From: Vulcanimicrobiota bacterium
GTDB taxonomy: Bacteria; Vulcanimicrobiota; Vulcanimicrobiia; Vulcanimicrobiales; Vulcanimicrobiaceae
Length of the DNA: 64,000 nucleotides
Direction of reading: 5' to 3'
NCBI GenBank assembly: GCA_963795855.1
Contig: CAWCIZ010000003.1
Span: 512,001-576,000, forward strand
The notes below the pieces were generated by a model. It was not told the DNA's origin. It did no database searches and saw only the letters and a program-made list of their open reading frames with translations. The translations under genes and the position numbers were made by a program. How positions within the stretch are numbered: the first letter of the stretch is position 1; each line of letters begins with the position of its first letter. Positions 19,457-30,269 of the stretch are shown in pieces.

Positions 19457-20859
19457 GCGTGCACATTCCGAACTTTGCGAGCGGTGAAACGATTCTGGTC
19501 ATCGGGCTGGGACGCAGCGGCGTCGCCAGCACGCAGGTCCTGCGCGAGCGCGGCGTGACGGTGTACGCAACCGATGAGAAGCCGCAGACGGATCTTGCAG
19601 AGCCGATCGCGCAAATCGAAGCGCTCGGTGCGTCGTTCGTCGCGGCGGACGCGTTCGATCCGCTCATCGAAAGCTCGACGGGCGCGGTGCTTTCACCCGG
19701 AGTCCCGCTCAACGGCGCGCTGGTGCGCCGCGTACAAGACGCAAACGTGCCGGTGTTCAGCGAAATCGAGGTCGCGTACCGCTTGTGCAAAGCGCCGATC
19801 GTCGCGGTAACGGGAACCAAGGGAAAGTCGACGACCACGTCGCTCATCGGGCACCTTTTCCGTTCGTGCGGCAAGACTGTTCGCGTCGGCGGCAACATCG
19901 GCAACCCGCTGATTCGCGAAGTGCTTGACGCCAAACCGCAGGACTGGGTGATTGCGGAGGTTTCGTCTTTTCAACTCGAATCGATCCGCTCGTTCCGCCC
20001 GCGCGTCTCCGTGATTCTCAACATCTCCGCCGATCATCTGGACCGCTACTACTCGATGGAGGAGTATGCGGAAGCGAAATTTCGCATCTTCGCAAATCAA
20101 AACGAACACGATTACTTCGTCGGAAACCTGGACGACGAGCGTGTGCGCCAACTGCATTGGCATAGCGGCGAAATACGAGTGCACGCGCGGCAATTGTGGT
20201 TCACGCTCGAGCGGCATCACGAGCACGCTTCGATGTTTCTCCGAGGCGATTCGATCGTCTACACGCCGGTGCATGGAGACCCGCGCCCGATCGACGTCTT
20301 GCGCGTGAACGAGATACCGTTGGCGGGCCGCCACAACGTGCAGAACGTTATGGCGGCGCTGTTGGCTGCGCTCGCCGCCGGCCTCGACCCGCAAGCGCTT
20401 CGCGATGCCGTTCATTCCTTTACGGCGATGGCGCACCGTTTGCAGCCGATCGCGGATTCGGGCGGCGTGCTCTTCGTCGATGATTCGAAAGCGACGAATC
20501 CGGGTTCGGTCATTGCGGCGTTGCAAGCGTACGACCGTCCCATCGTGCTCATCGCCGGCGGCAAGTCGAAAAATACCGACTTTACCGAACTGGGTCGCGT
20601 CATTGACGAACGCGTCAAGGCGCTGGTCGTCATCGGCGAAGCGGCCGAGGATCTCGCGGCGCACGTTTCGCGCACGCCTACCGACCGCGCTTCGAGCATG
20701 GGCGACGCGGTGCGCGCGGCTCACGCCCGCTCGCAGCCGGGAGACGTCGTCATTCTTTCACCGGCCTGCGCGTCGTTCGACATGTTTCGTTCGGCCGAAG
20801 ACCGCGGAGAAAAATTTGCCGCCGCCGTCCAAGCGCTTTCGGAGCCCGCCACGTTATGA
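19453..20859 (+). CDS. murD: UDP-MurNAc-L-Ala:D-Glu ligase
   Basis: GLGRSG, GTKGKSTT, EVSSFQL, DDSKATN, SPACASFDMF. Confidence 0.95.
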   Translation: MSVHIPNFASGETILVIGLGRSGVASTQVLRERGVTVYATDEKPQTDLAEPIAQIEALGASFVAADAFDPLIESSTGAVLSPGVPLNGALVRRVQDANVPVFSEIEVAYRLCKAPIVAVTGTKGKSTTTSLIGHLFRSCGKTVRVGGNIGNPLIREVLDAKPQDWVIAEVSSFQLESIRSFRPRVSVILNISADHLDRYYSMEEYAEAKFRIFANQNEHDYFVGNLDDERVRQLHWHSGEIRVHARQLWFTLERHHEHASMFLRGDSIVYTPVHGDPRPIDVLRVNEIPLAGRHNVQNVMAALLAALAAGLDPQALRDAVHSFTAMAHRLQPIADSGGVLFVDDSKATNPGSVIAALQAYDRPIVLIAGGKSKNTDFTELGRVIDERVKALVVIGEAAEDLAAHVSRTPTDRASSMGDAVRAAHARSQPGDVVILSPACASFDMFRSAEDRGEKFAAAVQALSEPATL

Positions 20860-22022
20860 GAGCAAGTCTTGCAGCACCGCGTCAGCCTTCGTCGACCCGC
20901 ACGCAGGAGCGGCGATCGTTCCTTTCAGCGCCGCCGGATACGCTGCTCTTCGCAGCCGTCGCAAGTCTCGTTGCCATCGGGTTGGTGATGATCTTCAGCG
21001 CATCGAGCGCGCAAGCATACGCCGATCATCACGACACCGCGTACTACCTCAAGCATCAGCTCGTCTATTTGATAGTGGGACTCGCGCTGGCCTACGCTGC
21101 GTACCGCATCGACTACCGCAAGCTCAAAGCAGTAGCGCCCTACGCGCTGCTGCTGTGCATCGCCGGTCTCGTTGCCGTGCTCGTTCCGCATCTGGGCGTT
21201 GCTGTGAACGGCGCGCGGCGTTGGATCGGCGCGGGGTTCGTTTCGCTGCAGCCCTCGGAGTTCGCCAAGCTCGGTCTGGTCCTGTATTTAGCCGCGGCCC
21301 TCTCGTCGCGCAGCGAACGAATCACCTCGCTGAGCAAAGGCTTGTTTCCGCTGTGCATTCCGGTCGTCATTATCGCGATGGCGATTTTGATGGAGCCGGA
21401 CATGGGCACGGCGAGCCTCATCGTGTTTACCGCGTTCGCGATGTTTTTCGCGGCGGGCGCTCGAGTCGAACATCTCGCGCTCATTCTCTTCGTTACCGTT
21501 CCGCCCGTGGTATTGACTATTCTCACCAGCCCCTATAAGCGCGCGCGAATCTTCGCGTTCATCGACCCGTGGCGGGACCCGCAGAACACGGGTTTTCACA
21601 TCGTGCAGTCGCTCTTGGCGCTCGGAAGCGGCGGCTTTTTCGGCGTCGGTTTGGGCGAGTCGCGCGCGAAGTTTTTTTATCTGCCCGAGCAGTATACCGA
21701 CTTCATCTTCTCCGTTCTCGGCGAAGAACTCGGCTTGGTGGGAACGCTCGGCGTCATCGTGCTGTTCATCGTGTTCGCGTACCGCGGCATCCGCATCGCG
21801 ATCGCGGCGCCCGATCGCTTCGGCTTTTTCTTGGCCTCCGGCTGCACGGCGATGATTGCTATTCAGGCGTTCGTGAACATCGGCGTGGTTACGTCGTCGT
21901 GGCCCGTCACGGGCGTTCCGCTCCCCTTCATATCATTCGGCGGCAGTTCTCTCATCGTGTCGCTCGTCGCCGTTGCCCTGATCATCAACGTCGGCCGGCA
22001 CCGCAAAGTCACGCTGACGTAA
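20856..22022 (+). CDS. ftsW: SEDS peptidoglycan polymerase FtsW
   Basis: GARRWI, QPSEFAK, PEQYTDFIF, LPFISFGGSS. Confidence 0.92.
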   Translation: MRASLAAPRQPSSTRTQERRSFLSAPPDTLLFAAVASLVAIGLVMIFSASSAQAYADHHDTAYYLKHQLVYLIVGLALAYAAYRIDYRKLKAVAPYALLLCIAGLVAVLVPHLGVAVNGARRWIGAGFVSLQPSEFAKLGLVLYLAAALSSRSERITSLSKGLFPLCIPVVIIAMAILMEPDMGTASLIVFTAFAMFFAAGARVEHLALILFVTVPPVVLTILTSPYKRARIFAFIDPWRDPQNTGFHIVQSLLALGSGGFFGVGLGESRAKFFYLPEQYTDFIFSVLGEELGLVGTLGVIVLFIVFAYRGIRIAIAAPDRFGFFLASGCTAMIAIQAFVNIGVVTSSWPVTGVPLPFISFGGSSLIVSLVAVALIINVGRHRKVTLT

Positions 22023-23060
22023 ATGGAAGTTGCCGGCGGCGTGACGGCCGACCTCGTGCGATTGGGAAGCTTTTGCACGCGCATGGGCTCGCCGTTCTTC
22101 GCGGCGATTCTTCGGCATGCGGCGGGTGCGTATGAGGACGATTCCGTCGTGCGCGCGCTACTCGACCGGCACGCCGGCCGATCCCGGCTGGGCTTGCGTT
22201 TGGGAGGTGCGGCGCACTACCGCGCGCTGCGCGGCGAAGCGCCGGCAATCGCCGCGCACTATCCGTCGACGAACGGCGATGGCGATGCGGACGCGGCGTG
22301 GGACGCGATCGTTCTCGATATTCGTGCAAACGTCGCGCGATACGACGAGCTGTTCGCACGTAACGTGCAGACGAACGAAGTGGCGCGCTCCACGCCGATC
22401 GTGGCGGCGTTGCTGGCGATCGCGGACGCTGCGCGGTTGCCGCTGCGAATTTTCGAGATCGGTTCGAGCGCCGGGCTCGTACTGAACTTCGATCGCTATT
22501 TCTACAGCGGTCCCGGGTGGAGCTGGGGTGCCGAGGGCTCGCAGCTGCATCTGCACAACGCGACGAAGTCCGGCACGCCGGGCCATCTCGATGCACCGCT
22601 CCAGGTCGCAGAGCGGCGCGGTTGTGATTTGCATCCGCTGAACGCGGCGGATGCCGGCGACGCCGATACGCTTCTGGGATTCATTTGGCCCGATCAGCGG
22701 GAACGTTTCGACCGGCTTCGCGCCGCCCTTTCGATCGCGCGGTCCTATCCTCCGGCGATTGCGCAGGCCGACGGAATCGCCTGGGCGCGTTCGAGCGCGC
22801 AGCCGCGCGCCGGCGCGCTTACCGTGCTGCTGAACACCGTCGTGACCGAGCATATGAATGCGGACGTGCTTGAACGCTTACATGGCGCCATCGCCGAGAT
22901 TGGCGCGCAAGCTACGGCCGCGGCGCCGTTTGCATGGGTGCGGATGGAGCTCGCCGAACGCGCATACGAAACGCGTTTTACGCTGTGGCCCGGCGAGAAG
23001 TGCGAGTCGATCGCAAAGTCCGACGGGCATGCGCAAAACCTGGAGTGGAGCGGCGCGTGA
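22023..23060 (+). CDS. DUF2332 family protein
   Basis: QTNEVAR, EIGSSAGL, RRGCDLHP, IWPDQRERFDRL. Confidence 0.8.
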   Translation: MEVAGGVTADLVRLGSFCTRMGSPFFAAILRHAAGAYEDDSVVRALLDRHAGRSRLGLRLGGAAHYRALRGEAPAIAAHYPSTNGDGDADAAWDAIVLDIRANVARYDELFARNVQTNEVARSTPIVAALLAIADAARLPLRIFEIGSSAGLVLNFDRYFYSGPGWSWGAEGSQLHLHNATKSGTPGHLDAPLQVAERRGCDLHPLNAADAGDADTLLGFIWPDQRERFDRLRAALSIARSYPPAIAQADGIAWARSSAQPRAGALTVLLNTVVTEHMNADVLERLHGAIAEIGAQATAAAPFAWVRMELAERAYETRFTLWPGEKCESIAKSDGHAQNLEWSGA

Positions 23061-24175
23061 ACGTCGTGTTCACCGGCGGGGGAACCGGCGGCCATTTGTA
23101 TCCCGCGATTGCGCTTGCCGATGCGCTGCGCGGACGGGCCGCGATTCGCTTCATCGGAACCGCCGATCGCTTGGAATCTAAAATCGTTCCCGAAGCGGGC
23201 TACGATCTCGTCACGATTGCAAGCGGGCCGTTGCGCCGCAGCATTTCGCCGGCCGCACTGCAGACGGCCGGCGTGAACGCGGTCGGTATCGTGCAGGCGC
23301 TCGGAGCGCTGCGCGCATTCGCGCCGGATGCGGTCGTGGCGACGGGCGGATACGTCTGCTTTCCCGTAGTCGCGGCAGCGCGCATTCTGCGCGCGATCGG
23401 GCAGTCGCACGCGCGGCTTGCGCTGCTCGAGCTCAACGCGCAGCCGGGTCTGACGAACCGCTTGCTCGCGCCGATCGTCGACGAAGTCTGGGGTGCGTTC
23501 GCGGACGCCGATCCGCGTTTTGCGGGAAAATACGTGCATACCGGAATTCCCGTGCGAGAATCGCTTTTTCATCCGAACAACCGCATCGAGGCGGCGCGCC
23601 GGCTTGGCCTCGACCCGAACCGCAATACGATTCTCGCACTCGGCGGCAGTCAAGGCGCGCGTTCGATTAACGAAGCGATCGCGGCGCTCGTAACGCGACG
23701 GGCGCTTCCGGACGACTGGCAAGTTTTGCACGTTTGCGGAGAGCGCGATTACGAGTACATGCACGCCGAAGAGCGCGAACCGTTCGAGAATAACCGCGTC
23801 GTACTCGTTCCGTACCTGCGCGATATGGCCGACGCATACGCTGTTTGCGATCTCGTCATCGCGCGCGCCGGCGCCTCCACATTGGGAGAATTGGCCGCGC
23901 TGGGGTTGCCCGCGATTCTGGTTCCCTATCCTCACGCATCCGAAGATCATCAGGCAGCCAATGCGCAAGCGTTCGACCGTGCCCGCGCGGCCGTCGTCAT
24001 TCCCGATCGCGACTTGAGCGCGGATGCGCTCTGGTGGACGCTGCGCGACGTGATGCAGCCGGATCGTTTGCAGGCGATGCGCGCGGCGGCTCGCTCGCTG
24101 GCAACGCGCGATCCGCTGGCGACGATACTCGCACGGATTGACGCGTTGACGTCGCGAAAGACGGCCGCAGCATGA
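23057..24175 (+). CDS. murG: Lipid I GlcNAc transferase
   Basis: GGGTGGH, GGSQGA, RAGASTLGE, HQAANA. Confidence 0.95.
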   Translation: MNVVFTGGGTGGHLYPAIALADALRGRAAIRFIGTADRLESKIVPEAGYDLVTIASGPLRRSISPAALQTAGVNAVGIVQALGALRAFAPDAVVATGGYVCFPVVAAARILRAIGQSHARLALLELNAQPGLTNRLLAPIVDEVWGAFADADPRFAGKYVHTGIPVRESLFHPNNRIEAARRLGLDPNRNTILALGGSQGARSINEAIAALVTRRALPDDWQVLHVCGERDYEYMHAEEREPFENNRVVLVPYLRDMADAYAVCDLVIARAGASTLGELAALGLPAILVPYPHASEDHQAANAQAFDRARAAVVIPDRDLSADALWWTLRDVMQPDRLQAMRAAARSLATRDPLATILARIDALTSRKTAAA

Positions 24176-25548
24176 CGTCCCTCGGCACGCTGCATTTCGT
24201 GGGCATCGGCGGCATCGGCATGAGCGCGATCGCTCGCATCTTGCTGGCTCGGGGCGAATCGGTCACCGGTTCCGACGTTTCCGACTCGCCGATACTCGAA
24301 GAACTGCGCGCGCTCGGCGCCACAATCGCGGTCGGACACGACATGAAGAACGTCAACGGCGCGCGAGCGGTGATCGTCAGCTCCGCGATCGGTTCCGGCA
24401 ATCCGGAATACCGGCACGCGCAGGAGCGAGGAATTCCGATAGTACGGCGCGGCGAGATGCTGCGGCGGATCATGGAGGGGCGCAAAGGCATTGCGATTTG
24501 CGGCACGCACGGCAAAACGACGACGACCGCGATGACGGCGACGATTCTTCGCGGCGCGGGCGTCGACGCGAGTTTGGTGCTCGGCGGCATAGACGTGAAC
24601 ACCGGAACGAATGCGCACGACGGCACGGCGCCCTGGTTTTTGACCGAGGCGGACGAATCCGACGGGTCCTTTTCATTGCTCGAGCCGGCCGTCGCCGTAG
24701 TCACGAACGTCGAAAACGATCATCTCTCGTCGGACGCCGAACTGCCGAAGCTCATCGCGTCGTTCGATCAATTCCTGGCGCGTTTGCCGGACGACGGCGT
24801 CGCAATTGTGGGCATCGACAACCCGCAAAGCCGCTCCATCGCCGGATCGCCCCGCCGCGCGCGAACGATCACGTTCGGCATCGCCGAAGACGCGGGCGTT
24901 CACGCCGCGAATATTCGTTTTGCAGCGCTCGGTTCGCGATTCGATGCGATCGTCGACGGCGTCACACTGGGAAGCGTCGAACTGCGCGTGCCCGGCGCCA
25001 TCAACGTCGAGAATGCGCTCGCTGCGATTGCGGTCGGACGCGCGATCGATTTGCCGTTCGTGAAGATCGCCAACGCGCTCGCCGGGTTCCGCGGCGTGCG
25101 GCGCCGCTTCGAAATCCTCGCGAACACGCCGGGGATGATCGTGGTCGACGACTATGCGCATCACCCTACGGCCGTGCGCGCAACCATTGCCGCTGCGCGG
25201 CAGTATCATCGCGGTCCGGTCTACGTGGCGTTTCAGCCGCACCGGTATACGCGCACGGCATATTTGGGCGCGGCGTTCGTCGAAGCACTGCGCGGCGCCG
25301 ACGCGGTCTACCTTGCGCCGGTGTACGCCGCCAGCGAGCCGGAAATCGAAGGCGTCAGCGAACGCACCATCGGCGAACCGCTCGCCGCGTGCGGAACGAG
25401 CGTGCGGTACGTCAAGTACGTGCACGATTTGCGCGAACGTCTACGCAGCGACGCGCCGCCGAACGCTTTGGTGCTCATGCTCGGCGCGGGCAATATCACG
25501 AAGGTCGCCAAAGACCTCGCAAACGACGTCATGCAGCACGCCGAATGA
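24172..25548 (+). CDS. murC: UDP-MurNAc:L-Ala ligase
   Basis: GIGGIGMS, GTHGKTTT, EADESD, DDYAHHP, FQPHRY. Confidence 0.95.
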   Translation: MTSLGTLHFVGIGGIGMSAIARILLARGESVTGSDVSDSPILEELRALGATIAVGHDMKNVNGARAVIVSSAIGSGNPEYRHAQERGIPIVRRGEMLRRIMEGRKGIAICGTHGKTTTTAMTATILRGAGVDASLVLGGIDVNTGTNAHDGTAPWFLTEADESDGSFSLLEPAVAVVTNVENDHLSSDAELPKLIASFDQFLARLPDDGVAIVGIDNPQSRSIAGSPRRARTITFGIAEDAGVHAANIRFAALGSRFDAIVDGVTLGSVELRVPGAINVENALAAIAVGRAIDLPFVKIANALAGFRGVRRRFEILANTPGMIVVDDYAHHPTAVRATIAAARQYHRGPVYVAFQPHRYTRTAYLGAAFVEALRGADAVYLAPVYAASEPEIEGVSERTIGEPLAACGTSVRYVKYVHDLRERLRSDAPPNALVLMLGAGNITKVAKDLANDVMQHAE

Positions 25549-26498
25549 GCGTCGCCGACGAGGCGCTTCACAGCGTTCTGCGGGCCGACGATCGCGCGCG
25601 GCTGCTCGAGATTTGCGGCGAACGGGTACGGTTCGACGAACCGCTCGCGCCGTATACATCGTGGAAGATCGGCGGACCGGCCGACGCGTGGATCGTCGTC
25701 GAAAGCGAAGCGCAGCTCGCAGAAATCATGCAGTTTTGCGGCAAGCGCCACGTGCCGTGGTTCGTACTGGGCAGCGGCAGCAATCTGCTCGTCGGCGACG
25801 GCGGAATACGCGGTTTGGTTTTGCGCCTCTCCGGCGAATTTGCGAACATCGTCGTTACGCACGACGATCGAACGGTGATCGTTCACGCGGGCGCTTCCGC
25901 CGGCATGGCATTGCTCACCGCAAAAGCCGCCTCGGCCGGCGCCGCCGGCATCGCCTCGCTGGCTGGAATCCCGGGAAGCGTCGGCGGTTCGCTGCGCATG
26001 AACGCCGGCACCGATCGCGAGATGGGCGATTTCGTGCGCGAAGTTTGGGTGCAGTCGCCGGCCAAGCCGCAGCCGCATCCGGTAACCGTGCAGTATTACT
26101 ATCGTCACACTTCGCTCGCGCGCGACGCAATCGTCGCTCGCGTAACGCTGAAATTCGAGCTCGGCGATTCGCAACTGATCCGCGAGGAGATGCAGCACCG
26201 GCTCGTGCGGCGCAAGAACACGCAGCCCATCGCGTTGCCCAACGCGGGTTCGTGCTTTCGCAATCCGGAGGGCGACAAGGCGGCACGGCTCATCGAAGCG
26301 GCGGGAGCTAAGGGATGGCGGGAGGGCGGCGCGGAAGTGTCACCGCTGCACGCCAACTTCATCAACAACCTCGGCGGTGCAACCGCCAAGGACGTTGCCA
26401 CGCTGCTGGCGCGCGTTCGCCGCACCGTTCTGGAACGGTTCGGTGTCGAATTGCAGCTCGAAGTGCACCTCGTCGGCGTCTTTATAGATGTAGAATGA
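25545..26498 (+). CDS. murB: UDP-N-acetylenolpyruvoylglucosamine reductase
   Basis: [33 protein letters not shown]. Confidence 0.93.
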   Translation: MSVADEALHSVLRADDRARLLEICGERVRFDEPLAPYTSWKIGGPADAWIVVESEAQLAEIMQFCGKRHVPWFVLGSGSNLLVGDGGIRGLVLRLSGEFANIVVTHDDRTVIVHAGASAGMALLTAKAASAGAAGIASLAGIPGSVGGSLRMNAGTDREMGDFVREVWVQSPAKPQPHPVTVQYYYRHTSLARDAIVARVTLKFELGDSQLIREEMQHRLVRRKNTQPIALPNAGSCFRNPEGDKAARLIEAAGAKGWREGGAEVSPLHANFINNLGGATAKDVATLLARVRRTVLERFGVELQLEVHLVGVFIDVE

Positions 26499-27441
26499 CA
26501 GCAAGAAGAAAAGCAAAAGTAGCCGTCGTGATGGGCGGCACGAGCGCGGAACGCGAGATTTCGATTCAAACCGGAACCGGTGTCGTGCGCGCGGTTCAGG
26601 AATTGGGATACGACGCGCAGTCGCTCGATTACGACACGCGGTTCATCGATGCGATTCGCGACCTCAGCCCCGACGCCGTTTTCATCGCGCTGCACGGCCC
26701 AGGCGGCGAAGACGGGCAAATTCAGGCCATTCTTGACTACTTGGCGATTCCGTACACCGGAAGCGGTATCGAAGCGTGCGCGCTCGCGATGGACAAGCAC
26801 CTCACGAAAAGCTTTGCGCCGCCGAAGGCTTGCCGACCGCCGCGTGGGACTTATTCGATCTCTCGGGAGGTACGCTGCCGCTGCTTCCGGGATCGCTCGA
26901 CCTGCCGCTGGTCATCAAACCGCGGTTCGAGGGCAGCAGCGCCGGCGTGACGATCGTCCGCACGCACGAGCAGTGGACGCAAGCGATGATCGACGCCGCG
27001 GAAGAGTACACGGAGATTCTCGCCGAGGAGTTCGTGCCGGGACGCGAGTTCACGTGCGGCGTGCTCGGGGAAGAAGCGCTGCCGATCGTCGAAATCGTGC
27101 CGAACCGCGACGAATTTTACACCTACGAAGCCAAATACGGCGCCGGCGGAAGCACGCACATCGTGCCCGCGCGAATCGACGACGATTTGGCGGCGCGCCT
27201 GCAAATGCTGGCGCTCTCGGTGCACCGGCTCGTGGGTCTGCGCGACTATTCGCGCACCGATTTTATCGTAAGCAAAGAAGGCCGCCCGTACATTTTGGAG
27301 ATCAACACACTGCCGGGCCTAACGCCCACGAGCATCCTGCCCGACGCGTGCGCTGCGGTCGGCATTTCGTATCAGGCGCTTGTGGACCGCCTTCTCGGTT
27401 ACGCCCTGGCCAGAGCGGGCGAACGGGTTCTCGCCCGGTAG
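26495..27441 (+). CDS. ddl: D-Ala-D-Ala ligase, frameshift in an A-run near 26808
   Basis: [22 protein letters not shown], then the next frame gives EGSS, EAKY, EINTLPG. Confidence 0.9.
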
Positions 27442-27501
27442 CCGTCACTGGCGCGGGCAGCGCAACGTTGTGACGGCACAGAACGTTGTAGAGGATACGT
27501 C

Positions 27502-28431
27502 ATGAAACCGCCTTCCCTACTTGCTCGCGCGGTCTTCGCAACGCTCGCGTGCGCCGCTTTGGTGCTCGCGTTTTTTAGCGCACCGCGTCCCGTTCCGGCT
27601 GCGGATCCGCAACCGACTCTACCGCCGTACCGAACGCTCACGCCCGTTCGACTGCTCGGCTACATCCGCCGCGTGTACCGCGAGCACCGGCCGCCGCCGT
27701 TGTACGAAACGTACACGCTGGTCCGCAAAGAAAACACGAATTACGGCTACGAAGATCCGCTCGGTACCTATACCGTGCACTATTGGGTTCGCAATACCGA
27801 TCGCGCCGCGCTGATGCGCAAAGTTTTCCGCGACGATTACGACGGCGACATGACGTTCGACCGGCCGGCGCTCAATCAGCCGCGCGATCCCGGTCCCCCA
27901 ACGGCCGATCTCTTCGAGCCGGCGCATCCGCAGCCGATTTCGTTCGTGCCCACGCCCGAACCAACCGCCGCTCCGCTCAAAACGATCGGTTCGGTCGTTG
28001 CTATCGGCGAGTCGGATTACAACGTGCCGAAGGTCGCGGTCGAAGGCAGCGAGCTGCACTTAACGCTGCAGCCCCGCCGCGACGCCGAACGCAACGTACT
28101 TCGCGAGATTTGGGTCGACAAAAACTCGTACATGCTCAAACGCGTCATCGCGCACGATCGCATGTTCGTCGAGCAGGGCCACACGTATCCGATGAAGGTG
28201 ACGTACACGCTGGGTTATCTCGACGGTTACGTCGTGATTACGCACGTCGACGCGGTCGTGCTTCCGCGCACGGAGCGCAGCGGCGAAGAAATTGCCGACT
28301 TCGGCGACGAGACGGGCGATGCCGACAGTTTGACGATCGATTTCGAGGACATCACGTTCCCGCAGTCGCTGCCGTCGTGGTATTTCGACCCGCACGAATA
28401 CGGTTCGCACTTGGCGGACGCGCCGCAATAG
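27502..28431 (+). CDS. Secreted hypothetical protein
   Basis: Signal peptide, 309-aa ORF with coding-like composition. Confidence 0.65.
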   Translation: MKPPSLLARAVFATLACAALVLAFFSAPRPVPAADPQPTLPPYRTLTPVRLLGYIRRVYREHRPPPLYETYTLVRKENTNYGYEDPLGTYTVHYWVRNTDRAALMRKVFRDDYDGDMTFDRPALNQPRDPGPPTADLFEPAHPQPISFVPTPEPTAAPLKTIGSVVAIGESDYNVPKVAVEGSELHLTLQPRRDAERNVLREIWVDKNSYMLKRVIAHDRMFVEQGHTYPMKVTYTLGYLDGYVVITHVDAVVLPRTERSGEEIADFGDETGDADSLTIDFEDITFPQSLPSWYFDPHEYGSHLADAPQ

Positions 28432-28505
28432 GTACCCGGAACCCCGCGGCAAGGCCAGGGGTTCCCCCGAGGCGCGGGTAAGAACGTCGGCCGGAGGAAC
28501 CTACA

Positions 28506-29678
28506 CTGTCTACCACCGGAATCATCGTCGATCGCGGGCTCGAGGGCGTCGTCGTCGGAAGCACGCTTCTTAGCAATGTCGAGGGCAAAGAAGGCCGGCT
28601 GACCTACCGCGGATACGACATCCACGACCTCGCGCCGAACGCGTGTTTCGAGGAAGTCGTTCATCTGCTTTTGTACGGCGCGTTGCCCACCGCGGCGCAG
28701 CTGGCGGCGCTCAAGAAAGAATTGGGCGCGCATCGCATGATTCCGGAACCGCTCATCAACGCGATGGAGCGCGCTCCGAAAAACGCATGGCCGATGGACG
28801 TGCTGCGCACGATCGTTTCCGGCCTCGCACTTTTCGTCGAGGTGGATCCGAAGGGCGCGCACGTTTCAGACGTTCACAGGGCGGTGGAGCTCGTTGCTAA
28901 GGTTCCGACGATCGTGGCAATGTGGGATCGCATTCGGCGCGGCCTCGAGCCGATAGAACCGCGTACGGATCTTTCGCAAGCTGCGAATTTCTTGTACATG
29001 TGCCGCGGTCAGGTGCCGACGGACGTCGCCGAAGACGCCATGGACACGTATTTGGTGCTGCTCGCAGATCATTCTTACAACGCATCGACGTTCTCCGGAC
29101 GCGTGACCGCGTCGACGAAAGCGGACTTGTACGCCGCCGTAACGGCCGCTATCGCCACGCTTCAAGGCGAGGCGCATGGCGGCGCCGCCAGCGCCGTGGG
29201 CCGGGTGCTGCTGGAAATCGGCAAACCCGAACGCGCGGAAAATTACGTGCGCGAAGTGCTCGCGCGCGGCGAGCGCATCATGGGCATGGGGCACCGCGAA
29301 TACAAAGTCCGCGATCCGCGCGCGCAGCACTTGGAGAACGTCGCCAAGAAGCTCAGCGAAATCACCGACCCGAAATGGTACAAGATCGCGCGCGCGCTCG
29401 AAGACGCCTCGAACAAAGTGCTTCAGGAAACCAAGCCCGACAAACGCATTTACGCCAACGTCGACTTCTACAGCGCGCCGCTGTTCTATAGCCTCGGCTT
29501 TCCCGGCGACGAGTTCACGCCGATATTTGCTTGCGGCCGCATCGCCGGCTGGACCGCGCACATTCTCGAGCAGCTCGCCGACAATCGCCTCATCCGCCCG
29601 CAAGCCACGTATTCCGGTCCGGCAGTGCATCCGTTCGAACCCATCGAGCGGCGCAGCGGTAACGGCACCGCGCATTGA
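28506..29678 (+). CDS. Citrate/2-methylcitrate synthase, apparent CTG start
   Basis: RGLEGV and LTYRGY lie upstream of the tracked start; ADHSYNAST, HGGA, MGMGHR, NVDFY, RIAGW, LIRP. Confidence 0.9.
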   Translation: MSTTGIIVDRGLEGVVVGSTLLSNVEGKEGRLTYRGYDIHDLAPNACFEEVVHLLLYGALPTAAQLAALKKELGAHRMIPEPLINAMERAPKNAWPMDVLRTIVSGLALFVEVDPKGAHVSDVHRAVELVAKVPTIVAMWDRIRRGLEPIEPRTDLSQAANFLYMCRGQVPTDVAEDAMDTYLVLLADHSYNASTFSGRVTASTKADLYAAVTAAIATLQGEAHGGAASAVGRVLLEIGKPERAENYVREVLARGERIMGMGHREYKVRDPRAQHLENVAKKLSEITDPKWYKIARALEDASNKVLQETKPDKRIYANVDFYSAPLFYSLGFPGDEFTPIFACGRIAGWTAHILEQLADNRLIRPQATYSGPAVHPFEPIERRSGNGTAH

Positions 29679-30262
29679 GCGAACGGCGAGCGGGCGCCGT
29701 CGCGCGCACGACCGGCGAAACTTCGGTAGAACTGACGATCGATCTCGACGGCGGCCCCATCGAAATCTCGACCTCCGTCGACTTTCTCGACCACATGCTG
29801 CATGCGTTCGCGAAGCATAGCGCATGCGGGCTGTTCGTGCGCGCAACCGGCGATCGCATGGACAATCACCACGTCATCGAAGACGTCGGCATTGCGCTCG
29901 GGAAAGCCATTTCCGATGCGCTCGGTGAAAAGCGCGGTATTACGCGGTTCGGTTCGATTGTGCTGCCGCTCGACGAAGCGCTTATTCTCGCGTCCGTCGA
30001 CATTTCCGGGCGCGCGTACTTGAATTTCCAAGTCTCGTTTCTCCGCGAAGATCTCGGCGATTTGCCGACAGAAATGATCGGTGAATTCTTTCGCGCGGTT
30101 GCCGACAACGCAAAGATCACGCTCCACTTGGTTCAAGTGCACGGCCACGTCGCACATCATGTGTGCGAGGCCTCGTTCAAAGCGTTCGCTCGCGCATTTG
30201 CTGCGGCGAAGTCGCTGACGGCCGAAACAGCGGTCCCATCTACGAAGGGCGTGCTCGACTAG
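29675..30262 (+). CDS. hisB: Imidazoleglycerol-phosphate dehydratase
   Basis: RTTGET, FLDHML, HHVIED, HHVCEA, PSTKG. Confidence 0.95.
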   Translation: MSERRAGAVARTTGETSVELTIDLDGGPIEISTSVDFLDHMLHAFAKHSACGLFVRATGDRMDNHHVIEDVGIALGKAISDALGEKRGITRFGSIVLPLDEALILASVDISGRAYLNFQVSFLREDLGDLPTEMIGEFFRAVADNAKITLHLVQVHGHVAHHVCEASFKAFARAFAAAKSLTAETAVPSTKGVLD

Positions 30263-30269
30263 GGCGCGC

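Noticed and set aside
26800..26815. Programmed frameshift in ddl
   Set aside because: A missing A in a homopolymer; similar indels throughout the window point to sequencing error
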